NCBI GenBank assembly: GCA_010093605.1
Contig: MU004186.1
Coordinates: forward strand, 1,034,616-1,098,615
Length of the DNA stretch: 64,000 nucleotides
Origin: Lophium mytilinum
Taxonomy: Eukaryota
Direction: 5' to 3'
Under the pieces are notes generated by a model. The model searched no databases. It saw nothing but the letters and a program-made list of their open reading frames with translations, and was not told the DNA's origin. Shown in pieces: positions 21,805 to 32,697 of the stretch. Both the position numbers and the translations under genes were made by a program. Position 1 is the first letter of the stretch; every line of letters begins with the position of its first letter.

Positions 21805-23130
21805 TCACCCGCTTCCGTTCCTACCATGCCAGAGCCGCCCAGCTGCGCCCCGGAGCCGCGTTCCCAAACCCTCAGGCCGCCGAGCTGCGTTTGCTGTACC
21901 CATTCGCTCCGTTACTCTACGGCGGTAAGGAGCCTCGACGGCTGGTGCAGCACGGTTGACGCGTCTGCTCACAGTATTGTTGCCGCCGCGCGCGGTCCGG
22001 TCCGCATGCCAACGCTCAGGCGCGTGTGTCATAGCCGTAGCATTTGTCGGAACATGGAACCCCCGAGGGTTGGGGTAGTTGAGGCGCGTAGCATCGCTAA
22101 GAGCAGAAGAGACCTGCTCCAACTCCTGAAAAAGCGCTTGGAGATTGAGGTCTTCTTGGAAGACGAGAGGCTGATGCTGATGGTGGTCGTGGCCGTGGCC
22201 GGGGTGATAGCCCTGGCCAGGATGTTGTTCATCGTGGAGTGGACCGATGCCAGATCGTGTACGGGCGTTTACGAGACCTGGTTCTTCCGTTTCCAAGAGG
22301 CGCTGTCGAGTACGTGAACGCTGTCTATCCCGCTCAGATTGCTGTTCAAGCTCCCTATCACCACGTCGGCCAGGTTGGCGGCCATCAAGTCGTCGGCGGC
22401 CGATAGCAGGGTCTGGTCTATTTCCTAAGATACGGAGAGGAAGTGCGACGTCCGGAACCGCTCCACGGGTTCGATGGTAGACAGTGTAGCCACCAGTAGA
22501 AGGAAGAGCGACAGCTTCGTCCACATACCGCGCGACTTGCGGTCGCTCGCGCTCTTCAGCACCAGCCACTGCGCCATCTCGGGCCCTGACCCTCGCAAGC
22601 CGATGGCGATTTGGCGCCACATATGCTACTCCATCTCCGTTCAGGCGTATTTCGCCCTGGTCAAAAAAGGTAAGGTCTTCTTGTAAACCCAAACCCCAGA
22701 CTCCGCCCTCGTCAAGCCCCTCAAACGGATCCAATTCAGCGCGTGCTAGAGCATCTTCCGCTACCCAGCGCTCCCAAGTCTCTTCGTGGTCGTCGTCTAC
22801 GTCTTCCGAGAAGTAGTCCTCATCGTATGGATCTTGCCGATTTACATTACGGCCTTGCTCCCTATACACCCCCGCCTGTCGCAACTCATCTCGAATCTCG
22901 TCAGGGAGCCGGAACAAGGCCAGGTCAATCTGGTCTGGCGCTCGAGCTCGGCCTTGCCCGGGGACTAGAACAGCACGGCAGACAGGACAGAGATTTGCGT
23001 TCGCTGCTCGGCTTCGGTGCCAGCGCTGAAGGCAGCCTCTGCAGAAAGTGTGCCCGCATGGGCCGCTCTGGATCGCGTCACGCGGGACTTCGGACAAGCA
23101 GATTGGGCACTCAATCGGGGTTGGTGACAT
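21805..23130 (-). CDS. N-terminal C3HC4 RING-finger protein with low-complexity tail
   Basis: CPIC...CGHTFCRGC...W...CPVCR at the N-terminus of a 441-aa intronless ORF. Confidence 0.78.
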   Translation of the reverse strand: MSPTPIECPICLSEVPRDAIQSGPCGHTFCRGCLQRWHRSRAANANLCPVCRAVLVPGQGRARAPDQIDLALFRLPDEIRDELRQAGVYREQGRNVNRQDPYDEDYFSEDVDDDHEETWERWVAEDALARAELDPFEGLDEGGVWGLGLQEDLTFFDQGEIRLNGDGVAYVAPNRHRLARVRARDGAVAGAEERERPQVARYVDEAVALPSTGGYTVYHRTRGAVPDVALPLRILGNRPDPAIGRRRLDGRQPGRRGDRELEQQSERDRQRSRTRQRLLETEEPGLVNARTRSGIGPLHDEQHPGQGYHPGHGHDHHQHQPLVFQEDLNLQALFQELEQVSSALSDATRLNYPNPRGFHVPTNATAMTHAPERWHADRTARGGNNTVSRRVNRAAPAVEAPYRRRVTERMGTANAARRPEGLGTRLRGAAGRLWHGRNGSG

Positions 23131-24215
23131 AGCTGCTGTTTAGTGGAAGAAAGGGGATAGTGGTGGTAGGTGGTGGTGGTAGGGAGTATGATAGAATGTT
23201 TGGTAAGAGTGGGCTATAAATACTAGTACCTGTATTGAGGAAGTGAATTGACCTTTGGTTCACTAAACTGGAGGGTGATATCAGAATCACTTTGACATAT
23301 GTGGCACTTGTTGCTTTGTACAGGTATGACGGTGACTGGGAACATGGTCGATCGATTTAGGGGTGAATGCTCAGAATAGGTGTTCCGAGTGCTGACCCTC
23401 CGAGGTCAGGTACATTGTGTACTGCACCGTATGCGCCAGGAGCTCAGTCGTTGGCTTCAAATCATGCAATTGATATTTTCAGACATTTCAATGGGTGAGA
23501 ACCTGCTGTTTAACATTGGAAGAGATGAGTATACTTTTCAGAGACAAAATTGGCCCACATAGGCAGTGCTTGGCATAGCCAGGGTTGCAAAGTATCGGAC
23601 CTTTACAAAGAGCACTTCTGTTCCTTGGCATCATTCAGATGGTTAAGGGATTAAATCATATCTAGATAGATAAGGCTTGGTGTGGTCCAAGACGGAAAAG
23701 TGTTGAGCACACCTGAGGGAGTAACTTTGTCTCTTGTCCTCTCTCAGACTGAGTTTCAACAAGACTGAACATTTGCCTTGGGCCAATGGAAAGCCCAAAA
23801 CCCCTCGCATTCGTAGTCTCCTCCTGTCGGTCCTCTAATCATGATAATAAACTTTTGGAAATGTGGCATGCTAGGAAAAGTGCGTAAGTTATTGAATCAC
23901 GCGAAAAGTGTGTCGTGATCTGAGTTCTGGGTAATCGCACGGTGGCTTACTTGGTACTACATCTCGCGGATATCATTGACCTTGAAGACCCATGCAAGAT
24001 GAGTGGTTGCTCTCGTCCGGTTCTAAGATCTCCCAGTAAGACCCTTTGAAGTTGTACACTTCCTTGCCAAGCGTCGGATCGACATATCCTTCTGCTTCTC
24101 TTCGAATATCGGCGATTTCGAATGCCTTTGATCCATCTCGCCCCCAATGCTGTCGCTTTGGCCCAGAGTGATGGATCCGCTGAGTGTTTCGATAATACCG
24201 GTACTCCTCAATGCT

Positions 24216-25736
24216 CTAATGTTCCAAGAGATCCTCGACGTATAGCGACGCCGACTTGCATTTGGTAGGCTCGTCGCAGTGGCACGAAAGATCATAGATG
24301 AACGAGATTCCTCGCTCTCCGCAAAGCTGCCGGACCGGATCAAATATATCGTTATCCCTCCATCCTTCTCTCCATCCGTGCCCGTTCGAATGACGACCCA
24401 GGCTGAGTCTCTTGAGTTTTGTTGCTGAGCTGCTCGTGAGATAGTCACAGATGCGTGGCAGTATGTCCTGGGGTAACCAATAGTAATCCCAATTATCGCA
24501 GAAAGTGTCGGTGATCTCCAGATCCTCTAAATTCGGCGGCAGAATTTGCGTCAAGGTTCCACCGGCAAGGGGGTCCCAGCCTAACAGAATTGAAAGAGGG
24601 ACTGATAATATCCTCAAGGCCTTTAACTGTCTGAGCGTAGAGACGCTACTTTCCGATGCAGGAGGGGGATCAAAGAAATCGTCCGTTCCTGTACCTACTG
24701 TAGCCGAGATACGCAGGACTTCGAGTTGGTCTTGAAGAGGCTGAAATCCGTCACTGAAATTTAGTCTCTGGTTTGGCGAACACCCGAATATCAGCCAGCC
24801 GGGATATTTGGCTTCGTCAGGTTCATAGTAATCCATGGTTCCCTTTCCCCAAAAGTCGTAATCGAGCTCCTGGAGATTAGGTAATGCTGCTAGTAAGATT
24901 CGCATAGCGGTGACGCTGAGATGACTTTGCCTGAGGATGAGAGTCTTGATAGTTGGAAACTCCACGTTTGGCTGTGGCCAGCGGAAGGGTGACCATACCC
25001 AGTTTGGACCAGATTTGTCCGAGATCTCTCTTGCATGCAACGCATACCACTCGGATACCTCCCTAATCTTGATCTCAACTTGTTGGAGATTTGGTATTTT
25101 GAATAGAGGATATGCGTCTTCAAGAGGAGTAAAGACTCCTTTTGGCGAAACGCTTATCTCGCGGATGTTCGAAAGACTCGGAAAGCACGTGGGAAAGGAG
25201 CGAATCGAATTGAGAGCATGCTCAAATATTATACCGATGAAAGTCCGCTGTCTTGAGCTATTTATTGATGCCTCAAACACTTCGATATTTGAAAGCCGGC
25301 ACAATGCCAAAGCGATCAATGCATCCGGGTCGCCATCCTTTACAGCCTGGATCCAGTCTTGCGGGTTGGGAAGGTTGGCATCGACGATCAGGGTACCCGT
25401 CAATTCAAGATCTTCACTGCCAATATCTGGAGTCTCTTTCTCCATTTTATAGTATGTCCATTCATAATAGTGTTCGGAAAAGCAAGCCTTCTTAACGCAG
25501 GCTCCTAGCTCGGATCTTCGTACCACGGTGCGGAGAAAGGGCCACACGGCCGCGTTTCGGGCATTTATGTAAATGCCACAATCGACAACAGGGCTTTGGT
25601 AGAGTCGTGGAGAGACGACAGAATGGAATTCCTTGGAGACGCGACAGATGGAGGCGAGGTCTGATTGGCTGGGAAGGAGATCAAGAATGGAATAGACGAG
25701 CTCCACGGGAATGAACAGACCGCTGAAGGTTGACAT
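24216..25736 (-). CDS. F-box-like / LRR-like protein
   Basis: N-terminal IPVELVYSILDLL...DLASICRVSKEFH...PRLY (fungal F-box-like), followed by LxxLxL repeats (LPNLQEL, LKALRILSV, LPPNLEDLEI). Confidence 0.72.
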   Translation of the reverse strand: MSTFSGLFIPVELVYSILDLLPSQSDLASICRVSKEFHSVVSPRLYQSPVVDCGIYINARNAAVWPFLRTVVRRSELGACVKKACFSEHYYEWTYYKMEKETPDIGSEDLELTGTLIVDANLPNPQDWIQAVKDGDPDALIALALCRLSNIEVFEASINSSRQRTFIGIIFEHALNSIRSFPTCFPSLSNIREISVSPKGVFTPLEDAYPLFKIPNLQQVEIKIREVSEWYALHAREISDKSGPNWVWSPFRWPQPNVEFPTIKTLILRQSHLSVTAMRILLAALPNLQELDYDFWGKGTMDYYEPDEAKYPGWLIFGCSPNQRLNFSDGFQPLQDQLEVLRISATVGTGTDDFFDPPPASESSVSTLRQLKALRILSVPLSILLGWDPLAGGTLTQILPPNLEDLEITDTFCDNWDYYWLPQDILPRICDYLTSSSATKLKRLSLGRHSNGHGWREGWRDNDIFDPVRQLCGERGISFIYDLSCHCDEPTKCKSASLYVEDLLEH

Positions 25737-28136
25737 TTCTTGATATGTAGGATTCTTCGTTACCTCTCTGAGAGATTGGTGTTCGGAATTAACTCAAGCT
25801 AGGCAGCAGAAGAAGGGCCGTGCAGCACGCTAGCGTCTTAGGTGTCACGTGATTAACCAGCTGCAATATAAGTTCGACAGAAACTATAGCAAATTCATAG
25901 GAGAGCACAAAGAACAGTCAAAGTAGAGATGGTCTTGAAACATGAATGAACAGGATGGAATGAAAGACAAGCAGGAGATGTCGACGCCTTTAGGAAGGGC
26001 ATTACAATCTATGATTTGGGTCCAAGATGAACTTTCACCTGCGCCTCTCAGTTTTTTGACGACGTATTCCAGACACTCATTGAAAGGTTTAAAGTTAATT
26101 TTCGACTATCGACTTGTCAACCTCCACTTCAATCTTCCGCCGGCGCATATTGTGAGCTAGCTAGCCATTTCTCGCGCCTGCAGCCATGAGCTCAAACCGT
26201 ATCTTGTTCCCAGTTCCCATCAATGGAGGGGGCTGCTCATGTCTTCCTAGCATCAGCTCTTCCAAAGTCTCTCTCAAACTTCATCCACACAGCCTGGTCA
26301 GCTCCACAACCATATTCGCCCAACCGCTCGAAGGTGCACAGGCACAACTCTCTCATCGGTTTGTGTCGTCGTCGATTAGGCCTGATCGGTCTCGTCATTC
26401 TACTTACCCTATGCCTACAGTGGAGCCAAGACTTGCTGTCCTTCTCTTGACAAGCTTGTCCAACCTGGCCCTCACTGTCTCAGAGACCCCGCACGTAGTG
26501 TGACCAAGCCCCTCCTTGCGTAAAATGGACACCTGGTGCAGCTGGCCTGAGAGGAATACTGCATATGAACACCAGTAACGGCGGCCAACAAAACGAAAGC
26601 ACAACAGCATTCGCTTGTCCCATCACGACGTAATGCTTGACTTGGCCACAATGTGAGGAAAAGGGCTATACGAATTATAAACGAGTTTCACAATGGGTAA
26701 ATGGAAATGGATAAATCCTCGGTTTTTGATTTCTGATGCACGCTGCATGCATGCGGGCAGCTCCCTGTCACGCCTGTCTACAGGGTGCTTCCATGGTTCC
26801 ACAGCATGAGGAAATCTCCGCGAGCGATAAGGGCAATTGACAAATGGAAGTTCGCGGTTGCTGCCTACCTAGGCACGGAGTGGAGTTTCGTAGATTTTTG
26901 CTTTCGTTTCTCGGAACGATCAAGGGGAAAGTATGGAGTGAGAACGACGGGAAAGAGATTAAAAATGACGTCTGTAGGCCACACTTCAATGTTCCATTTA
27001 AACGACACTCCCGAGATCGGGTTTCAGAAAGGGGCAGATAGAGATCTACAAGATCCGAGATCACGCTGTTTACATGTTTGATTGTGTGATAGAGTTATGA
27101 AAAGCAGTAGCTTGCATATTCTTGATATGCCTCACCGCAACGCCATCCACCCTGCACGCGTGCCACGTTAACCCCCACACCCCTCAGCTTCTCTACTAGA
27201 GTTGTAAGCGACGTGCCACAGCCACAGCCGCTGTCAGACGCAAGTGCAACGGAGCTGGGGTATAATGATTTGCGAAGTTGTGCCGTCGATCAGCAATAGC
27301 GGCACGCCGGCGGATGGCTGCTGAGCAACCACTCACATGCCACGACTCGCATCTGCTCAAAGCGCATTGTTACCATCGGACCCCTCTCATGTTTACCTTT
27401 TGCTTGAACGCTGTGCGCCCAAGAAACGAGGAGGATTCGCACAGATATCGTGGATGACGTCGATGCGAGGACATAGGGAGCCTTGCACGATATATAATAA
27501 CGATGCCCCCTCCGCCTGCCCGAAGCAATTGTGTCGCCTCCTGATGATGCAATGAGCGACAGGGCAGGCGGGAGGCGAGACGTCTGTGCCAGTGTGCCAG
27601 GAGGTGCCAGCGCGCGGCGCCACTACCGTTTCTCAACTCGGCTTGGCGGCGTGAGTGGTGGAGATGAGGCTGGCGCAGCGGCCCTCAGGCGCTGCTTGCG
27701 GACAGCGGATCCCCGTTTGGGGGCTGCTGCGGCGCGAGCGTGGCCGTAAACAGGCTCGAGAGAGGGCGTGGGTCTGTGAGAGCCTTGTCGACGAATCAAG
27801 TTCGGGCGCAATGGGAAAGTCAAACGCCATGGCGGTCTGCGAGACGGCCTTCTGGAAGAGCAGTGGAACACGTCGCCGGCGAGACGCCCATATCTTCAGG
27901 AGGAGTCTGGATGGGGGATTTGGTGTGTTTCGACGACTCGCTGGTGCTTGAATTGGGCGCTCCTGAGTCGAGGATCGCTGAGGCTGTCGCTCGAACGGGA
28001 TGGCCTTCAGGACGAATCCGGCCTGCTCCTGGCTCCTGCAGCACGTAGAGTCGGTAGTGAAGGGACTTTGGACGATAGCTGGACGATAGTGATAGAATCT
28101 CGAGCATCCTCGTGGCAAGCGTGTATATATAGAATG

Positions 28137-28168
28137 CTGCTAAGGGTCTGCTAAGGGTCTGCTAAGGG
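28137..28168 (+). repeat. Tandem 11-bp repeat CTGCTAAGGGT x ~3
   Basis: Read directly: ctgctaagggt ctgctaagggt ctgctaaggg. Confidence 0.9.
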
Positions 28169-29283
28169 CCCTTATCGCCAGAGATCAGGCTGCTCTCCGG
28201 CTACTGTACAGGCTCTCGCAGCACGCAGGGCAGTGTCTCCGCATCAACGTTACCTTGGTGGTGTGGTATGGGTGGCCAACTGCAGCCTGCAGATACGAGC
28301 GTGTTCTAAAATTGCCGTGTGATCAGCAGCGTCGACGACCATGGTGTCCAGTTATCACGGGCGCCCTCCCGTAACACCTCTTCCCCTCTTGAAACGCTCT
28401 TCGTGCTCCTCACACTCGCTTTTGCTTGGATTTCCCTTTCTTGCGCGCCCTGAAGTCTGCAGCAGCAGCCGCGGGACGACGCCCACATTCGCTTTATCTT
28501 CAGTGCGACCCCTGACGTGCTTCAATCGCGGGGCCTTATCTTCTCCGCACATCCCTTCACCGTTCTCGAGCTGGTTTTGCTGGTGTTGTGAAGCGTTGGT
28601 GCACAGCGAATCGCCCCGGCCAGCACGTCCAGGCCTCACATCGACACATCTTCAACGTCACGACCCAGCGTTGCCAGAGTCGCAGACGCAGCCTCGACGG
28701 CATTCTCCACCTCTTGCCGGGCACCAGTACTGGAATCTGCAGGCTCCACTGGTGCATTCTTTCCCCTCCACGGTCCCCTCGTCAACAGATTCACTCATCA
28801 CCGGTGTGCTAGCATCGTCGTAGTCGCGGGAGCGCCGGACGGATCACGCAAAGCCGGATAGTCAGTCGATAGCCAGTTTAGGGCCAGTTCGGTTGCGTCC
28901 TACGGTAGAGTATCTCGGTAGCGTATAGAACCGTATTTCGGCGTATAACGCCAAGCTTGTAGAGTATACTCAGGGGGGGCTCCGTGCGGTAGATTGAGGC
29001 CCAAAACGCCACAGCTTACGGCCTGATTCACACGCCCTGTTCGGTTACCGTATTCTAGGCGTGCGTGAGGCCGTATATGAGGCGTATATTGTGGATTGAG
29101 GCTTAAAATCAGGCCATGGCCGTGGTGATACGCGAGTGACCAGAAATTGGTGATCTCGCGTCCAATTCTTAGTATAAAAGGCCGGAGTTTTTAGTTTTAT
29201 AGTAATTAGACTACAGCAAACATTTCTATATACTTTCTACGCAATTCTATCTATCCATTCTTGTTCCAGATCCTCCGGTTGAA

Positions 29284-29876
29284 ATGGCGGCCCCACTTGC
29301 CCGAATCCTTGGCGAAAATCAGATGGAAACGTTTTCTCAGGAGTTATTTAATTCCTTCACAACTACGCCAATACAGGCGCACGAAGGGCCTCCAGATGGG
29401 CCCCTTTACGCATTCTCTGGGCCTCCGCCTTCCAATCAGCCTATTATTGAGGTTCGTAGCTATTCTGCCTCTTAACTGAACCTGCTTCTAATTATTAAGC
29501 CTCAGCCGGACCTATCTGCAACTCAACCAGCTAGTTTACGTCACTTCTGGTCCATCCAACTTCAAACGGTACTTGTAGAGGCCTATACCAAGGCTGCTAG
29601 TGCTGGGCTACAGTCAGATTCTGGTTTTAAACCGGAAGCTCACAAGCTGGCAGCGGAGGCTTGTAGTGCATTAGCAGGCTATACAATTAAGCGTGAAAAG
29701 GCTAAATCTAAGCTCTCAGCGCTTAAGATGGAATACAAGATCTGGCAGCACCTAGCTGAGTGCAGTGGCGTATCAGCAGACTACGAGACTGGCCGTATCT
29801 ATGCCCCAGATGACGTTTGGGATAGATATCTAGAAGTAAGCTATATCTATCTATCTATTTATCTATTTGTGCAATA

Positions 29877-29916
<40 letters not shown>

Positions 29917-30555
29917 ACATCTAAACAGAAGCACAAAAAGGCTACAAGATATCAAACTATCTGCCTTCTAAACGCAAGCCTTCTACACGGTCTCTTCTTT
30001 GCCTCGTATGCTACTGGAAAGCATGCCGGTAATAAAGAGAGTAATAGCAGCCAAACGCCTTCCTTCCTTGCCTCACAACCCACCACTATCAACCTCACAA
30101 CTGATGCTGTTACCCAATTTAACGAAACGGACGAAAATGAACAATATAGGGCAGATACTACGTTCCTAGCACCAGCTAGTAGTATTCCAGGGGCAACGGC
30201 TCAAGGGCCACGGCTAGGGGGGCTTTTTGTGCCATCTGGGGCTGTACCAAAGCGAAAGAAGGTTACTGGAGGAGAGCTGTTAGGAAAAAGCCTTGAAAAA
30301 GCTATTTCTCTGCTTACGTCTAAGCCAAAGATCGTAAACTTCAAGGAAGAGGCTATGCGCTTATTTTAGAAGCTTGAAGAAGTAAATATCTAGGAATGGG
30401 ATATAACAATAAAAGCCTGCCTACGGCTTCGTGATGAGAATACGGCATTATGGTTTACAATGGCCCCTGAGAAATTCAGGAAGATCTGGGTAGTTGCGGC
30501 ATTACCTGAAGCTGATGAAGGAGAGCTTTTTACGCAGCTCCCTGATATTCTATAG
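29284..30555 (+). pseudogene. PIF/Harbinger ORF1, Myb/SANT-like DNA-binding protein (3 exons, two premature TAG)
   Basis: Introns 29452-29499 and 29836-29928 give HFWS...GFKPEA...YKIWQHL...SGVSADYETGRIYAPDDVWDRYLEKH...LF...ATG, the Myb_DNA-bind_3-type pattern; in-frame TAG at 30367 and 30391; terminal TAG 30553-30555. Confidence 0.88.
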
Positions 30556-30647
30556 CTGTTTCCGTACGTTTCCCTTTATCTACTGCCCCTAATACTCGAT
30601 TCCTTATTGTATAGACTGTTTCCATGTATCTTAGTGCATTTCTGTAG

Positions 30648-31192
30648 CTTAAAATCTATCTATCTATCTATCTAATATATATATACGTTATATATATATA
30701 TATATATTCTCAAAATCTATCTATCTATCTATCTATTGTGAATATACGCTATATATATATATATATGTATATAGAAACGTTATATATATATACTAAAAAT
30801 CTATCTATCTATCTATCTATCTATCTATTTTTCTATTCATCTATTCATCAATCTATGTATCTATCTATCTATCCAATTCGAAAAGGTATTTTTATCTCTA
30901 CGAATATTGCCCCGATCGCAATGGCAATAGGCGCATCGGAATTGTAATAGGATAATTCACCTAGGCCGCCTTATCCGAGCGTGATTGATCGAGAAATGAG
31001 ATTCGGCAGATAGATAGATAGATAGATAAATACATAAAAAATGGATTTCGCTCGAAAGTAGATAGAAATGTGCGCGCTGTTACAAGGATCTCAGTGCTTC
31101 AAACGGTTTGAAGATCGGATCAATATTGGTGGAGATATTCACGTTTGAATACATAGATACATAGACAAATACATAGATTGATGAATAGATGA

Positions 31193-31234
<42 letters not shown>

Positions 31235-31385
31235 TTTTAGTATATATATATAACGTTTCTATATACATATATATATGTATATAGCGTATATTCATAATAG
31301 ATAGATAGATAGATAGATCTTGAGAATATATATATATATATATAACGTATATATATATTAGATAGATAGATAGATAGATTTTAAG
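30648..31385. repeat. Long AT-rich inverted repeat built of (TATC)n/(GATA)n and (TA)n microsatellites
   Basis: Arms ~30648-30917 and ~31113-31385, near-identical over ~210 bp and diverged over a further ~55 bp; ~195-bp loop; TTAA at both outer ends. Confidence 0.92.
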
Positions 31386-31482
31386 GATATATTATCACGT
31401 ATATATTAATATATATATATAAACAGTAGAATTAAAGCGTAGCACCTGAAAGTTAAATACAATTCCGCCCTGCAAGCAGCAT

Positions 31483-32697
31483 CTATACAGCCCTCCTACG
31501 TAGATGTTCTTAATATAAATTCCACATCTGGGTGGCAATTCTATCACGAAATGCAGCCATTTCCTTGTGTTCGTTCCTGAGCGTATACATAGGAGGAGGC
31601 TCTTGTGGCTGCTCAGGAACGTACTGGATCTCTTCCATACCAGGTAACTCGGTAAGGCCGTTATAGATACGCTCTTCCTCTGTAGTATCAGGCGTGCGAA
31701 TCTTAATAAAGTTGTGAACAGCAGCTAGTGCGTATACAAGTTGTACTTGTATTTTAATACTATATTCAGGGCCTCCTAGGTGCCGGAGGGCAGCAAAGCG
31801 GCGTTTAAAGAGGCCAAATGAGCGCTTAATAGCATTGCGTAAGGAGGAATGCCGGAGGTTGAATAGTTCTTCCTTATTACTTGGTCGTTGATCCGTTTTG
31901 GCCTATTCTTAAAGGTGATAACGCGTTCCTCTATAAGAAACGAGCGTAAGGTCTGTCATAGCATATCCAGCATCAGCTAGATAGTACTTTTTTGTTCCAT
32001 CTGAAGCCTCAGGAGCATGAAAGCCGTGCTCCTGCACGGCATCAAGTAGGACCTTTCCATCGTGCGCAGAACCTTCCCATCCGGCATGGATATAGCTAAA
32101 CGTTAGGTTGAAGTTGCCTACGCCTAGTACGTTCTGCGTAACCTCTCCCTTTCAAGTCCTCCATGGGCCTTGTTATTCTATAGGGACTCGTGCTTATATA
32201 TAGGTACCATCGAGTGCACCAATACAGTCCTTAAAGTAAGGATAGTACCGGTAATCGTTGCGAATTTGAGAAGGAATAACGTGAGGGTTTGGAAGGTGGA
32301 CGGTTTCGATATATAGCTGACGCGTAACAGCTAGGACCTCGTGGAATATACGGTGTATTATATCAGGAGAGTGTTAATATAGAAATGCGGCCGTTTAAAA
32401 GGTAACACCATTGCCAACAATGAAAAGGAAGATAAGGAGCTTCTCGGTTAAAGTAATATAATAGCCTGAGCGTAGTGTTGTATTCTAGACTACCCAGCCC
32501 AGGAATTTATCGAATTGAGCGTGATTCATACGCGTATGGTTAATAAAGACCGTTTCGTGAGCACTTAGGAGGACTCTAGCTATTCGATTGCCTTGGAGTC
32601 AATCTGGGTACATTTCCTGGCGGTTATAACGCGTAAACGCATATGCGCCTATCGTAATAAGCGCAAAAACAAGTACAACCTCCGTTTGGGGGTCTAT
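31483..32697 (-). pseudogene. PIF/Harbinger DDE transposase (DDE_Tnp_4-type), inactivated
   Basis: Single frame reading PYFKDCIGALDGT, TQNVLG, AGWEGSAHDGKVL, YYLADAGY, FNLRHSSLRNAI(K)RSFG, HNF; about ten in-frame TAA/TAG/TGA stops; probable start ATG>ATA at 32697. Confidence 0.95.

Noticed and set aside
26100..28860. Numerous overlapping 60-160-aa ORFs
   Set aside because: GC-rich promoter/UTR sequence yielding chance ORFs on both strands with no motifs.
30738..31295. Two mirror-image Ile/Tyr-rich ORFs
   Set aside because: Translation artefacts of the (TATC)n/(TA)n inverted repeat.
30648..31385. CRISPR-like array
   Set aside because: Simple microsatellites in inverted arrangement, no repeat-spacer periodicity, eukaryotic context.
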